A stretch of DNA of 63,398 nucleotides, the filler included, from Octopus bimaculoides (lineage: Eukaryota): assembly GCF_001194135.2 (NCBI RefSeq). It is 7 parts of 5 records of this genome, joined end to end, with 100 filler letters (N's around TTAATTAATTAA, not from the genome) between each part and the next. Parts side by side here need not be neighbours in the genome. Positions count along the whole stretch, not along the records: positions 30,253 to 39,159 come from NC_068986.1; positions 39,260 to 47,326 come from NC_069003.1; positions 47,427 to 58,690 come from NC_069006.1; 4 more parts are not named here. One strand, 5' to 3'. The position numbers and the translations under genes were made by a program. Positions 36,236 through 47,800 of the stretch are shown here, one piece after another; the first letter of the stretch is position 1, and every line of letters begins with the position of its first letter. A model generated the notes under the pieces. The model was not told where the DNA came from. It ran no database searches and saw only the letters and a list, made by a program, of their open reading frames with translations.

Positions 36236-39100
36236 GACAGAGAAATATTTAAAACAATACATAAAGCCACATATGCAAACATACGTATTGTTCTGTATTT
36301 TGTCAATAGATGCTTGATGGAGCAAAAATATTTTCGCACGTCAAGACATACAATTTTGAAGAAATGTAAGTCGAATGTTTTTCAGCTACTGTGAGGTTAA
36401 TGTACTTTTAGACATTTTCACTCAAAATTAGAATGGGATGGTCATTAATAGAAGTGTTCAAATGAATGATTGATCTTAACTTACCGGCGGTGAGACATTA
36501 ACAACGATGCATATGACCGTGCGTAAATGTACACAGTCCCATACACATTGATAGATCTATCTATCAATCTATCTATCTATCTATCTACATGTATATATAT
36601 ATATATATATATATNNNNNNNNNNNNNNNNNNNNNNNNNNNNNNNNNNNNNNNNNNNNNNNNNNNNNNNNNNNNNNNNNNNNNNNNNNNNNNNNNNNNNN
36701 NNNNNNNNNNNNNNNNNNNNNNNNNNNNNNNNNNNNNNNNNNNNNNNNNNNNNNNNNNNNNNNNNNNNNNNNNNNNNNNNNNNNNNNNNNNNNNNNNNNN
36801 NNNNNNNNNNNNNNNNNNNNNNNNNNNNNNNNNNNNNNNNNNNNNNNNNNNNNNNNNNNNNNNNNNNNNNNNNNNNNNNNNNNNNNNNNNNNNNNNNNNN
36901 NNNNNNNNNNNNNNNNNNNNNNNNNNNNNNNNNNNNNNNNNNNNNNNNNNNNNNNNNNNNNNNNNNNNNNNNNNNNNNNNNNNNNNNNNNNNNNNNNNNN
37001 NNNNNNNNNNNNNNNNNNNNNNNNNNNNNNNNNNNNNNNNNNNNNNNNNNNNNNNNNNNNNNNNNNNNNNNNNNNNNNNNNNNNNNNNNNNNNNNNNNNN
37101 NNNNNNNNNNNNNNNNNNNNNNNNNNNNNNNNNNNNNNNNNNNNNNNNNNNNNNNNNNNNNNNNNNNNNNNNNNNNNNNNNNNNNNNNNNNNNNNNNNNN
37201 NNNNNNNNNNNNNNNNNNNNNNNNNNNNNNNNNNNNNNNNNNNNNNNNNNNNNNNNNNNNNNNNNNNNNNNNNNNNNNNNNNNNNNNNNNNNNNNNNNNN
37301 NNNNNNNNNNNNNNNNNNNNNNNNNNNNNNNNNNNNNNNNNNNNNNNNNNNNNNNNNNNNNNNNNNNATATATATATATATATATATATACATATATGTA
37401 TATATATAATCTTTTTTATTATAGCTACAAAAACATCACAAAAAACTGTGACTCACAGTTACAGGTTCTTTAAGGGAAATCCAGGTAATTCAGTCGATTC
37501 AGTAAATTCATGAGGATTGTATAAACCATCAAATACCAGCAAGTATGCTAGGCTAATATATTTATTAACCACTTTTTATCGTTAGGATCACGGCCGATCC
37601 GCAGACTTCATTATGTAATAATAACGTCAGTGTATAATGAATTATTTTACATGTTTGCACTTAAATCCATGCTGTGCATTGTACAATACAGTTGCACATA
37701 GACAAATTATTAGAGATAGAAAGGCTCACCCACGAGATCCTCAGAATATCATGGTTACACCAATGCTTCGATATAAATTGAAAATCAACGAAGAGGAAGA
37801 TGAGATAGCAAAAACAAACAAGCATGGTGTATCAAATTGATGATCAGGTAATTTAGAAGAAGACTTCAATGTTTCGATCCAGCGCTCTTCAATAGGGAGG
37901 ATTGATGAACAGAGAGAAAAATACGGAAAAAAAGAAACAGGCATATCTTAGGTAGGAGAACACAGCATCTGAAAAGAACGTAAGAAGAAAAAGTGGGCTG
38001 GGGGCGAGGATGGAAAGGGAACCAAAGTTGTCTTAGCATATATGTGTGCGTGTAATTTTGTGAGTGTATGTGTACGTGTGTTTGCGAACGTGCAATGCTC
38101 GATCGCGCGTTGGAGACGTCTGCAGCTCCTCTTAAACGTTTAGTCCATCATATTCACCAAGCCATTTAAAACTTTTATTCCATTTTCTTATTCGAATAGC
38201 TATATATTATGAAATATGGGGAAAACAGCGCTATTGCATTTGTATATATGCTAACGTAATTCTATAGTTTACACACAAACACACACTCGCATATATAGAT
38301 ACACAAACACACACTCGCACACACACACGCACACACACACACACACGCACACACAAATATGCGCATGCGAATACACTAATACACATACACACAAAACTTT
38401 CTGACTGTGCTGTATAAACAAATTATTTCAGTTTAATTTTGCATAAGATGGAGAACGTCTGAATAACAGAAGAATTTGCTGTCTTTGAATTTCTTTGTTT
38501 CTCCAATGTTCTTTAAAAACCTATCAATACACCCACAATATGATATATGATTACAAAAAAATAAAACCACCAGAATGTTTTAATATAACCTTCCTCAGAC
38601 ATCATCAAATCAAATTTTCTTCAGTTAATGCATCTATTTTCGAGTACAGACATTTTGGAATGAATCTAAAAGAAAAAAAAATGAGCTAAAACCATGTTAT
38701 TTCTATTTATAATATAGAATTACCTATTTAGAGCCCTTAATGCTTTTATTGATTTTCAATGTTTTTCTTTCGTGCTGGAATATTTTTAATGTTTCCTCTA
38801 TTCGTTCTGCGATATAGGTATATACTAATATACATATTCATACAAGATTATTCATCGGTGCGTCTTTATGTATGTGTTAATGCACAAAAAGTGTTCATGT
38901 GCATATGTATACATGGATGTGTTTCTGATCTTATGTATATAGGAAATATTTGTTTGTGTCTGTATGATTTTCGACCTCTGATCGTAATTTTAGTCTTTAT
39001 TTAGCTCAAACCATCTTGACAATGCTAACCCATTACAACGAAACGCAAAGATAATTTAATCCTCTTACAATGTCTAGCTTCACTCACTATTTATTCGCCA

Positions 39101-39159
<59 letters not shown>

Positions 39160-39389
39160 NNNNNNNNNNNNNNNNNNNNNNNNNNNNNNNNNNNNNNNNN
39201 NNNTTAATTAATTAANNNNNNNNNNNNNNNNNNNNNNNNNNNNNNNNNNNNNNNNNNNNGGGGGGGGGTCTTCGAAAAATTCATAAGATCCAAGTTTTTC
39301 CCTCATAACTTTTGGGGCTGGGGTTAATGCAGATTCGCACCTCACCTTGAAAAACAGCCAACTAAAACGTAGGAATACGAAAAATTAAA

Positions 39390-39762
39390 AAAAAAAAAAC
39401 GTGATGTAAAGCACTTGTAGGAGTGCCATGTAAAACTGCCCATGCACAAACAGCCATTTGGTGACATGGGAAAGTGCCTCTGTGGCACCACATAAAAGCA
39501 CCTGCACAGTGTCACGTATAAGTGCCTGCGTGGTGTCACATATGAGCACCTGTGTGGCACCATGTAAAAGTATCCGTATAGCGCCATATAAAAGAGCCCA
39601 TGTGGTGCCATGTAAAAGCATACAACACCCTCTGTAAAATGGCAGGAAGGGTCTCCAGCTGTGGAAACCAAATCAGACTGGGGTCTAGGCAGATCTCAGC
39701 TTGCCAGCTCTAGTTACACCATCCAATACATGGACAAATGATGATGATGATGATGATGATGT
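39390..39762 (+). mobile_element. LINE 3' UTR with degenerate ~24-bp internal repeats and (GAT)n tail
   Basis: Repeated gtggcaccatgtaaaagcacc-like units, then ccagctgtggaaacc..ccatccaatacatggacaaatgatgatg. Confidence 0.6.
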
Positions 39763-40654
39763 CCCCACAACTGTTTGATAGTTATAATCAGTGTTGGTTT
39801 TACTTCCTGTTAATAACAAAAGAGACTGAGAGAATAGGCACCAAACTTTAAAATGATGTGCTGGGGGGCAATTTGTCCAATGAAAACCTTGGTGTGGTGT
39901 CTGAACATGGCTGCTGTCCAATGATTAAATAAAAGGTACCATTTGTGATTATACTTGTGTATGATAATAATATTTGTGATGTTGAATGTTTTTGAAAATA
40001 TTTTTGTCAACAATATTGAGATGAAGTCAGTGCCTCAGACTCTGCTTGAAACTAGTAAAAGATAAACATAAAAGATAAACATAAAAGATAAACATAAAAG
40101 ATAAACATAAAAGGGAAATGTCTGAGCCAAAACCAAGTTAGACATAAAAAAAAAAAAACAAGTGTGGTAAATGCTATCAGTTTGACTTAATTATTTTCTT
40201 GCAATAAACAATGTTTTCATAACTTTTTTAATTTCACAATTGTAAAATTTATTCCATAATCAATAAATATTTACTTGAAAAATAATATATTGCTCTTCCA
40301 AACAAGCTGTTATGTTTTGCTGGTTTTTTAGAGCAAACTTGCCAAATATGAATAGCTCGCAGAGAAGCACAGAAACCAGCAGAGAAGCAAGGCACATTGT
40401 GAGGCAGACAAAATTAGCTTCTGAGAAGCCCAACTTTGCATATGAGCCCCAGGAGGATTCATTTTGAGACATTTTTTTGGAAAAGAAAAATGCTTCTGAT
40501 ATGTCATCAAATATATTACTTCTTTGGTAAAAATCATTGCAATTAATATGTAAGAAACCTGACTCTTTTAATTTCAGGTGCAGTCCATTTGATGGGCTTC
40601 CTTGCAGTATCCATCAACTCTCTGTTTCTGCCCTGACCTGAACCTTTCAACGAA

Positions 40655-40991
40655 ATGGGGAATTGGCTTGGAAGTGAAAATGAGAAAAGCAGCACACCAA
40701 CTTCATCACCACCACCACCCACACCATCAACTTCCTTCTCCCCACCCACAAAAACAACCCCTCTATCACCACCCACACCATCAACTTCCTTCTCCCCACC
40801 CACAAAAACAACGCCTCTATGGCCATCCACACCATCAACTTCCTTCTCCCCACCCATAAGAACAACCCCTCTATGGCCACCCACACCATCAACCTCCTTC
40901 TCCCCACCCTCAAGAACAACCCCTCTGTCGCCACCCACACCATCAACTGGAACCAGTCAGAAGCAAGATACGACAAGGGCAGACAAGAAAG
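40655..40991 (+). CDS. Coding exon 1 of an uncharacterised spliced gene: MGNWLGS N-terminus + Pro/Ser/Thr repeats
   Basis: Acceptor ctctttttaatttcag at 40577, an in-frame TGA upstream of the ATG, GAA-ATG-G context, and donor AAAG|gtttgt (phase 1). Confidence 0.7.
40715..40948 (+). repeat. 54-bp coding minisatellite, about 4.3 copies (PTPSTSFSPPTKTTPLSP)
   Basis: Unit ccacccacaccatcaacttccttctccccacccacaaaaacaacccctctatca; copies are in frame with substitutions only. Confidence 0.92.
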
Positions 40992-41555
40992 GTTTGTTTA
41001 TTTAAAGACATAAACCATTGAGATTAATTTCTCAGAGACACCATCAACATTAAAAAATAATAGTTAAGTTACTTTTAACATTTAATTCAGTGAACATTAA
41101 AAAAAAATCAACTGGACATAATATATGCACAGGTATGTCTGTGGTTTAGGTGTTTGCTTCCCAACTACATCGTTATGGGTTCAATCCCACCGCATGGCAC
41201 CTTGGCAAAGTGTCTTTTACTATAGTCCTTGGTAGACCAAAGCCTTGGGAGTGGAATTTGTTGACAGAAATTGAAAGAAGCACATTGTGTGTGTGTATCA
41301 CTGTCTACTCCTGACTTTGCCATCCCATGAGAGTTGTAAACAAATGGGAATTGAAATCACAATCTTGCAAATGTGAATGCAACACTCTAATCACCAGGCT
41401 ATGCACTTTCATTATTCTGTTGAGACTCTGTGGAATCGGCTGCTAACCTCTCTGACTGTTGGGTGCAGAGAGTGCAACAACAGAAAAAAAAAATATAATA
41501 AATTTAATGATTTTTTTACTTAATTATTGTCTTTTTTTTTTGTCTAAATCTGCAG

Positions 41556-41623
41556 ATGTTCAGAGGTTTTTAATCCAATTGATAAGAGATATCAGTATGG
41601 CTGTATATTGTCCTGATCCGAAT
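41556..41623 (+). CDS. Coding exon 2 of the plus-strand gene
   Basis: tttttttgtctaaatctgcag|AT GTT...CCG AAT|gtgagt, 68 nt, phase 1 to 0, (D)VQRFLIQLIRDISMAVYCPDPN. Confidence 0.75.
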
Positions 41624-42454
41624 GTGAGTAAATACATGGTTGCATTCTTTTTCTTCTATTTCTTTCAACAAGTTTTCTTTTTTGTAAGCTATGATACTAT
41701 TTTCACCTGTAAGGTGGATCAGGGATTGTAATTAATAATGATCAGCTTTGAAGGTATCTTTTATTTACCTTTCACTAACTGCCTCCTACAAAATCTCTTT
41801 AATACTCTGTCAAATTTAGTGCTTATTTATTCACATTGATATGAATAAACCTCATGGTTCTGGGTTCAGTCCCACTGCATGGCTCCTCGGCTAAGTGTCT
41901 TTTACTATAGCCCCAGGCTGACCAAAACTCTGTGAGTGGATTTTGTAGACAGAAACTGAAAGAAGCCCACTGTATATATGTGTGTGTGTGTGTGTATATG
42001 TATGTATATATGTGTGTGTGCATGTATGGATGGATGTATGTTGTATGTATGTATGTATGTGTCATGTATATATTTGTATGTATGTGTATATACTTGTATG
42101 TATATATGTGTATGTATATAATCAGTCAGTAGTTCTTAAGTCTGAAGAGGTACATTCTAAAACTTAGTGAAGTAATAATTAATATTGTTGCCGGTTATGG
42201 CCAGTCAGGAAGTCACCGTTGGTTTTGTACCTCTATAGTTCTTAGTGGAACAGATCACTTTTCAGACGCATTGACCAAAGGCTGTGGAAAACAAAAGGAA
42301 ACTCTGAAAGGAAATAACAATGATATTAAATTCTTTCATTATATTTGTCACATGGGTCCACTCATTCAAACGTTACAATAAAGCTTACAGAATGTATGAG
42401 GATGTGTATACTTAAGATCGAACAAAAATTGGGAATACATAGATATGGCATGTA

Positions 42455-42625
42455 AAACACACCCACTACACTCTCGGAGTAGTTGGCGTTAGGAAGGGCA
42501 TCCAGCTGTAGAAACTCTGCCAGACCAGATTGGAGCTCTGGTGCAGCTGCTGGCTCTCCAGACCTCAGTCAAACCATCCAACCCATGCCAGCATGGAAAA
42601 TGGGCGTTAATTGATGATGATGATG
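42455..42625 (+). mobile_element. RTE-LINE 3' end copy
   Basis: Reverse complement of the 2345 block, ending in gatgatgatg. Confidence 0.85.
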
Positions 42626-43029
42626 AATGCAAATAAACAAAATAAAAAATAAAATGTCAATCAAGAGAGGCAGGAACCTATCACCTAGATTTAATCAGAT
42701 CACCCTACGATCCTGACCAGCTTTCTCTTCCAAACACAGTCACTGAAAAGCTTATGAGACTCAAATCTTCGAGTGAATGAGAAAGGGGCCTATGTCCTCT
42801 GTCCAGCAAAACATGAACTGCTACACTTCAACAGCAGATGGCAGTACAAAGTGTAAATAGCATGCGATACGCCTGCCTTCAGAATGAGACAATTTGGCAT
42901 AGCTGTTTGGACACTAATATGGCATGACTGATTGCACATTCAGCCTGTTTTAGCAACAGTACTGTTTAGGTACTGGAGGTAAACACATGCACAGAAATAT
43001 GCACTTTACAAATAAAGAGTGAGAGGCAG

Positions 43030-43067
<38 letters not shown>

Positions 43068-44289
43068 ATGCAATTTATTAATTCAACATGGTTGACAGAA
43101 ACACTCTTCCTTTCTTCATATAAAGTGAAATAAACTTACAAGCATAGAAGAGGGAGAGAAAATGAAAGAAATATTTAAATGATGTCAAAGAAACACATGC
43201 AGTAACAAAAGCCCTTTCAGATATTCTAAAACGGGTTCGCACCCTTCGATTACAATTTTGTTCTGGTGAACCCTCATAGCCATTCGGTGTTTGAAAGCTA
43301 GTTTCATAGAAACTTCTTCCAGAATTCCTATTTTGCTTTTCACACATCAGCTTGTGTGGGTTGAACAATGTGAAATGTTGGAGAAAGAATCCTAGCTGTT
43401 TCTTGCAATATAATACCAATACAAACATCGAAAGCAAATTTGTTTCAGGGGCCCCTTAAAGAGATACTATTGTGGATCCCCAATTTACTATCTTGTTATG
43501 TGGCCCCTCAGGGGCCCTATTGACCCCGGTTGAGAACCACTGATCCAAAAGAACAAAAGCTATAAGAACCAGAGGAGCACTGGGATCAGTGTAATAATTA
43601 AGTAGCCACTTCTCTTAAAAACTCTTTTGAAGCCATTAATATTGTGATTAAGAAAGGCAGAGTAAGCTGGCAGAATTGTTGGCATATTGGACAAAAAAGC
43701 TTAACATTTCTTCCAGTTCTGGGTTCAAATTCTGCTGAGGCCAGGATTAGAGGACACAAAAACACACACTAACATATAAATATAACAGGAGCTGACAATG
43801 TCGACATTGCTTGGCCAAGACAGCAAGGATTGGGAAGAACTTGTTTGATTCAGGATCCTTCTTAAAGTCCCAAAAGTGAGATGGTTAGTTAGTGCCCTCA
43901 TCAGAGGAAATTCTGGTTGAAAATGTGTAAATCCCTACCTGCAGATGAGCAAACAAAAAGCATTCAGGTACTGACCTATTTTGGGCACAACTCCAAGTAA
44001 CTAAAGGGAGATAACTCTATCTTGACCAGAGGAGATGTCATAAGGTAGAATTTCATTTCAGAGTTTTTTCACAGCCTCTGGCCAGTGAATCTGAAAAGTT
44101 ACCTGTTCCACTAAGAATTATAGAGGTACAAAACCAATGGTGACTTCCTAACTGGCCATAACTGGCAACAATATCAATTACTATTTCACTAAGTTTTAAA
44201 ATGTTCCTCTCTTCAGACTTAAGAACTACAGACTGATTAATACATACATATGCATACATATATACATACACATACATACACATACATAC

Positions 44290-44331
<42 letters not shown>

Positions 44332-44499
44332 TGTAGGTACAGGCATGGCTATGTGGTTAAGAAACTTGCTTCCTAACTTTGAAGTCTTAGATTTAGTCTC
44401 ACTATGCAGAACCTTGGCAAGGGTCCTTTATTATAGCTTTTACAAGGTCAATCAAACCTCTGTAAATGGATTTGGTAGATGGAAACTGAAAGAAACAGC

Positions 44500-46050
44500 A
44501 CCATCATCGTCGTAGTTTAACGTCCAATTTCCATGCTGGCATGGATTGGACAGTTTGACTGAGGACTGGCGAGCCAGAAGGCTGCACCAGGGTCCAATCT
44601 GATCTGGGAAAGTTTCTACAGCTGGATGCCCTTCCTAACGCCAATCATTCCGATAGTGTAGTGGGTGCTTTTACGTGCCACCGGCATGAGGGCCAGTCAG
44701 GCGGTACTGGCATCAACCACGCTCAAAAGGCATTTTTTACGTGCCACCTGCATGGGAGCCAGTCTGGCGACAGTGGCGCAACCATGCTCGAATGTTGTTT
44801 TTCACATGCCACTGGCACATGTGCCAATAATGTAACACTGGCAACAATCACGCTTGAATGATGCTTTTCACATGCCCACCAGCACGGGGGCCAGTCAGTG
44901 GCCCTGGCAATGATCACGCTTGGATGGTGCTTTTAATGTTCCACTGCCATGAGTGCCCTGTCAATGCCCACATCAGCGATTTTGATTTCACTTGCTTCAA
45001 CAGGTCTTCGCAAGCAAAGTTTATTATCCAATGAATGAAGGGTACTCATAAGTGGGCTGGTTATACACCACTGGCCTAGGCCTTGGGTTATGGTCTCACT
45101 TGGCTTGCTGGATCTTTTCAAGCACAGCATATCTCCAAAGGTCTCGGTCACTAGTCATTGCCTCAGTGAGGCCAAGTGTTCGAAGATCATGCTTCACCAC
45201 CTCATCCCAGGTCTTCCTGGGTCTACCTCTTCCACAGGTTCCCTCAACTGCTAGGGTGTGCCAATTTTTCACACAGCCGTCCTCATCCATTCTCACCACA
45301 TGTCCATACCAGCGCAGTCGTCTCTCTTGTACACCACATCTGTTGCTTCTTAGGTCCAACTTTTCTCTCGGGGTGCTTACACTCTGTTGTGTATGCACAT
45401 TGACATTACACATCCATCGGAACATACTGGCTTCATTCCTTGCGAGCTTACGCATGTCCTCAGCAGTCACAGCCCATGTTTCACTGCCATGTAGCATGGC
45501 TGTTCATACACATGCGTCATACAGTCTGCCTTTTACTCTGAGAAAGAGGCCCTTTGTCGCCAGCAGGGGTAAGAGGTCTCTGAACTTTGCCCAGGCTATT
45601 CTTATTCTCGCAGCTACACTTTCAGCACACCCACCCCCACTACTGACTTGGTCACCTACATCACGGAAGCTATTAACTACTTCTAGATTTTCTCCCTGGA
45701 ATATGGCGGAAGTTGTTCTCTGCACATTTTCAGTGTTTATTGCTCCTGAGCATCTGCCACATACAAAAACTATCTTCCCAGTTAGCCTTCCTTTGATATT
45801 GCTGCACCTCTAATGTGTCCATAGCTTACACTGGGTACATCTTATGGAGTTTCTACCTATGCCTTTTCTACAGATCGAGCAGGGCCATCTACCTGAAGGG
45901 ATTTGTGGTTTGTCTGCCTTCCTACTTATTAAGACTTTGGCTTTAGCTAGGTTGACTCCAAGGCCCTTCGATTCTAATCCTTGCTTCCACACCTAAAACT
46001 TTTCCTCTAGTTCTGATAGTGACTCAGCAATTAGAGCAAGGTCATCAGTA
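44500..46050 (-). mobile_element. 5'-truncated RTE-clade LINE with a PHD-like finger and repeat-containing 3' UTR
   Basis: YTDDLALIAES (YADD), VNLAK.KV, a C4HC3 finger, LEVV.SFR.VGD, RI..AW.KF..L.PLL, LHGSETW, RRLRWYGHV.RM, GRGRPRKTW. The 3' UTR has ~60-bp repeats and a (GAT)n tail. Confidence 0.92.
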
Positions 46051-46333
46051 TACCCTTGTTTCGACATCATCTGATGGTTGTAAACTAGCATCATCATCAT
46101 ACAAATGATGGTAGTTTCTAGTCATCTGTGTAAAACATCTCTGGCCTTGGGTAAAAATTTTACCTTCTTTGAAATGGTTTGTGACCGGAAGAGTATCCAG
46201 TTGTAGAAAATCTGCCTCAAGAAATTCTGTCTAAATCCTGCAAGTATAGAAAAGCGAATGATGATGATGATGATGTAGTTTTTATGTTGATGCAGCACCC
46301 AGATCCACTACTTTTATTTCTTTATACTTCTAG

Positions 46334-46478
46334 GTGCTGTATACAGCTATAAACCTGGTTGACATTTTTGGTCCTGTGAAAGCTTTGTCAATTTTATGGG
46401 AACTGTACCCAGGGCTAACATCAGAAAAGCAAATTTCTTTATTCCACATTTTCGTGAGCTTAAGAGTAAAGTATCCAG
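46334..46478 (+). CDS. Coding exon 3 of the plus-strand gene
   Basis: ttttatttctttatacttctag|GTG...CCA G|gtaagt, 145 nt, phase 0 to 1, open frame VLYTAINLVDIFGPVKALSILWELYPGLTSEKQISLFHIFVSLRVKYP(G). Confidence 0.8.
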
Positions 46479-46702
46479 GTAAGTAATACACCCTACAGGT
46501 GGAAGATTGACTAATGATACTAAAGTGAAACTTGAGCAACACTCACATGAGTACTGCTCTTGTACCTGGGACAGGTATTGCTCTTACATACATACAAAAT
46601 GATACCTAGGTTCAGTCCCATTGCGTGGGTCCTAATTTGTATAAACTTTGGAGACTTTGGAGAGATTAATAATGTTGCCTCTGTATTTTGATTTTGTTCT
46701 TT

Positions 46703-46745
<43 letters not shown>

Positions 46746-46746
46746 G

Positions 46747-47073
46747 GTACCATATTATTTGATGAAGAAGAACTGTTCTTACCGCACAATGGATTGCTAT
46801 ATTTTCACAAAAATCAAGAATGGATTTTACTTGCCTATTTAATTATTGGTATCCAAGATTATCCTGACTCCCTGTTCTATCAGATGGCATGTTATGAAGA
46901 CACATCTGATCTAACCCTGGTGGAAATATTGCAAGAATATTCTTTGAATATTCCTAAATGGGTTGATTTGTTAATTGAAAAAATTTTGGTCAATGGTGCC
47001 CCATGTGAGTACTTATGTGCTTACAGGAAAGCACCTGCACTTCATGTTGCTGCAGAAATTGCTACTGTTTCAG
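46747..47073 (+). CDS. Coding exon 4 of the plus-strand gene; ankyrin-like repeat, TRANK1-like by eye
   Basis: (ct)n-cacacag|GT ACC...TCA G|gtgagg, 327 nt, phase 1 to 1. It ends IPKWVDLLIEKILVNGAPCEYLCAYRKAPALHVAAEIATVS(G), i.e. L..GA....PxLHxAA. The family assignment is from memory of TRANK1 and is less certain than the exon itself. Confidence 0.75.
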
Positions 47074-47427
47074 GTGAGGAATTAGAGAATTCATTCTTGT
47101 AAAAGTTTCTCTTTTCTAGTAATACAGAATGGCTCTTTACAACTGATGACTTAATAAATTCTACAATTGAAAACATATTTTGTTTTGTTATGAAGGAATA
47201 TTTCTGTTCAAAACCCAGACTAAGAAGGCAAAATGATAATAGGTTAACAAAATGGAATGTCCAAAACTATTATTCTACATTTGAATATTTTAACTGAAAA
47301 TTTTAAGATTTAATATCAATAGTAACNNNNNNNNNNNNNNNNNNNNNNNNNNNNNNNNNNNNNNNNNNNNTTAATTAATTAANNNNNNNNNNNNNNNNNN
47401 NNNNNNNNNNNNNNNNNNNNNNNNNNG

Positions 47428-47800
47428 AAGTGGGGGCTGTCCACCATCGAAATTAGAACCGGTTCGGCCACTGTGCTTGGTTGGGTGACGGCAGTCATCA
47501 CCAATGAGCGGAGGGTGCGAACCAAAGGGGCTGCGGAGATGCTGGTAAAGCGCCGATTGGGAATATTGCAGGAGCTAGCCGCTGAGTTCGATCTGGAGCT
47601 CAGCGTAATTTTTGTGCCTTCCGAAAAGAACAGGGCAGACGTCCTAACCAGGGTAAAGCGAGCTTGGTTGCAGGTGCCAGAGGATGCGGAGCAGGCTGTG
47701 GCTGCAGTATGCTGTCTGAGTGACTCGGAGTTGAGGAGACTGCATCACATGGGAGTGGACAGGACATTGTCCCTAGCCAGGAAAGTCGACTCCGAGGTTC
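47428..47800 (+). mobile_element. Gypsy-type pol fragment (RNase H end + integrase zinc-finger start)
   Basis: KWGLSTIEIRT.SATVLGWV..FVPSEKNRADVLTR..LHHMGVDRTL.LAR. Abuts a gap. Confidence 0.75.

Noticed and set aside
28118-37513. Long ORFs of 200-350 aa in the track
   Set aside because: They consist of N runs plus (TA)n/(TG)n microsatellites; the same applies to those at 6.9-7.3, 48.5-49.1, 51.7-52.1 and 59.9-60.8 kb.
37690-37950. Charged, protein-like plus-strand frame (IIRDRKAHPRDPQ...EEEDE...)
   Set aside because: Interrupted by tandem TGA TGA and has no recognisable homology; at best a pseudo-exon.
39400-39640. Regularly spaced ~24-bp degenerate repeats
   Set aside because: Contiguous degenerate units within a LINE 3' UTR ending in (GAT)n; not a CRISPR array or regulatory iteron.
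40260-40472. Minus-strand ORF with a hydrophobic, TM-like stretch and a possible donor
   Set aside because: No recognisable family and no phase-compatible partner exon found; may be antisense to the 5' UTR region of the plus-strand gene.
43078-43437. 119-aa minus-strand ORF
   Set aside because: No motif, and it could not be chained in phase to neighbouring candidate exons.
45052-45813. 253-aa plus-strand ORF
   Set aside because: Antisense shadow of the RTE LINE ORF2.
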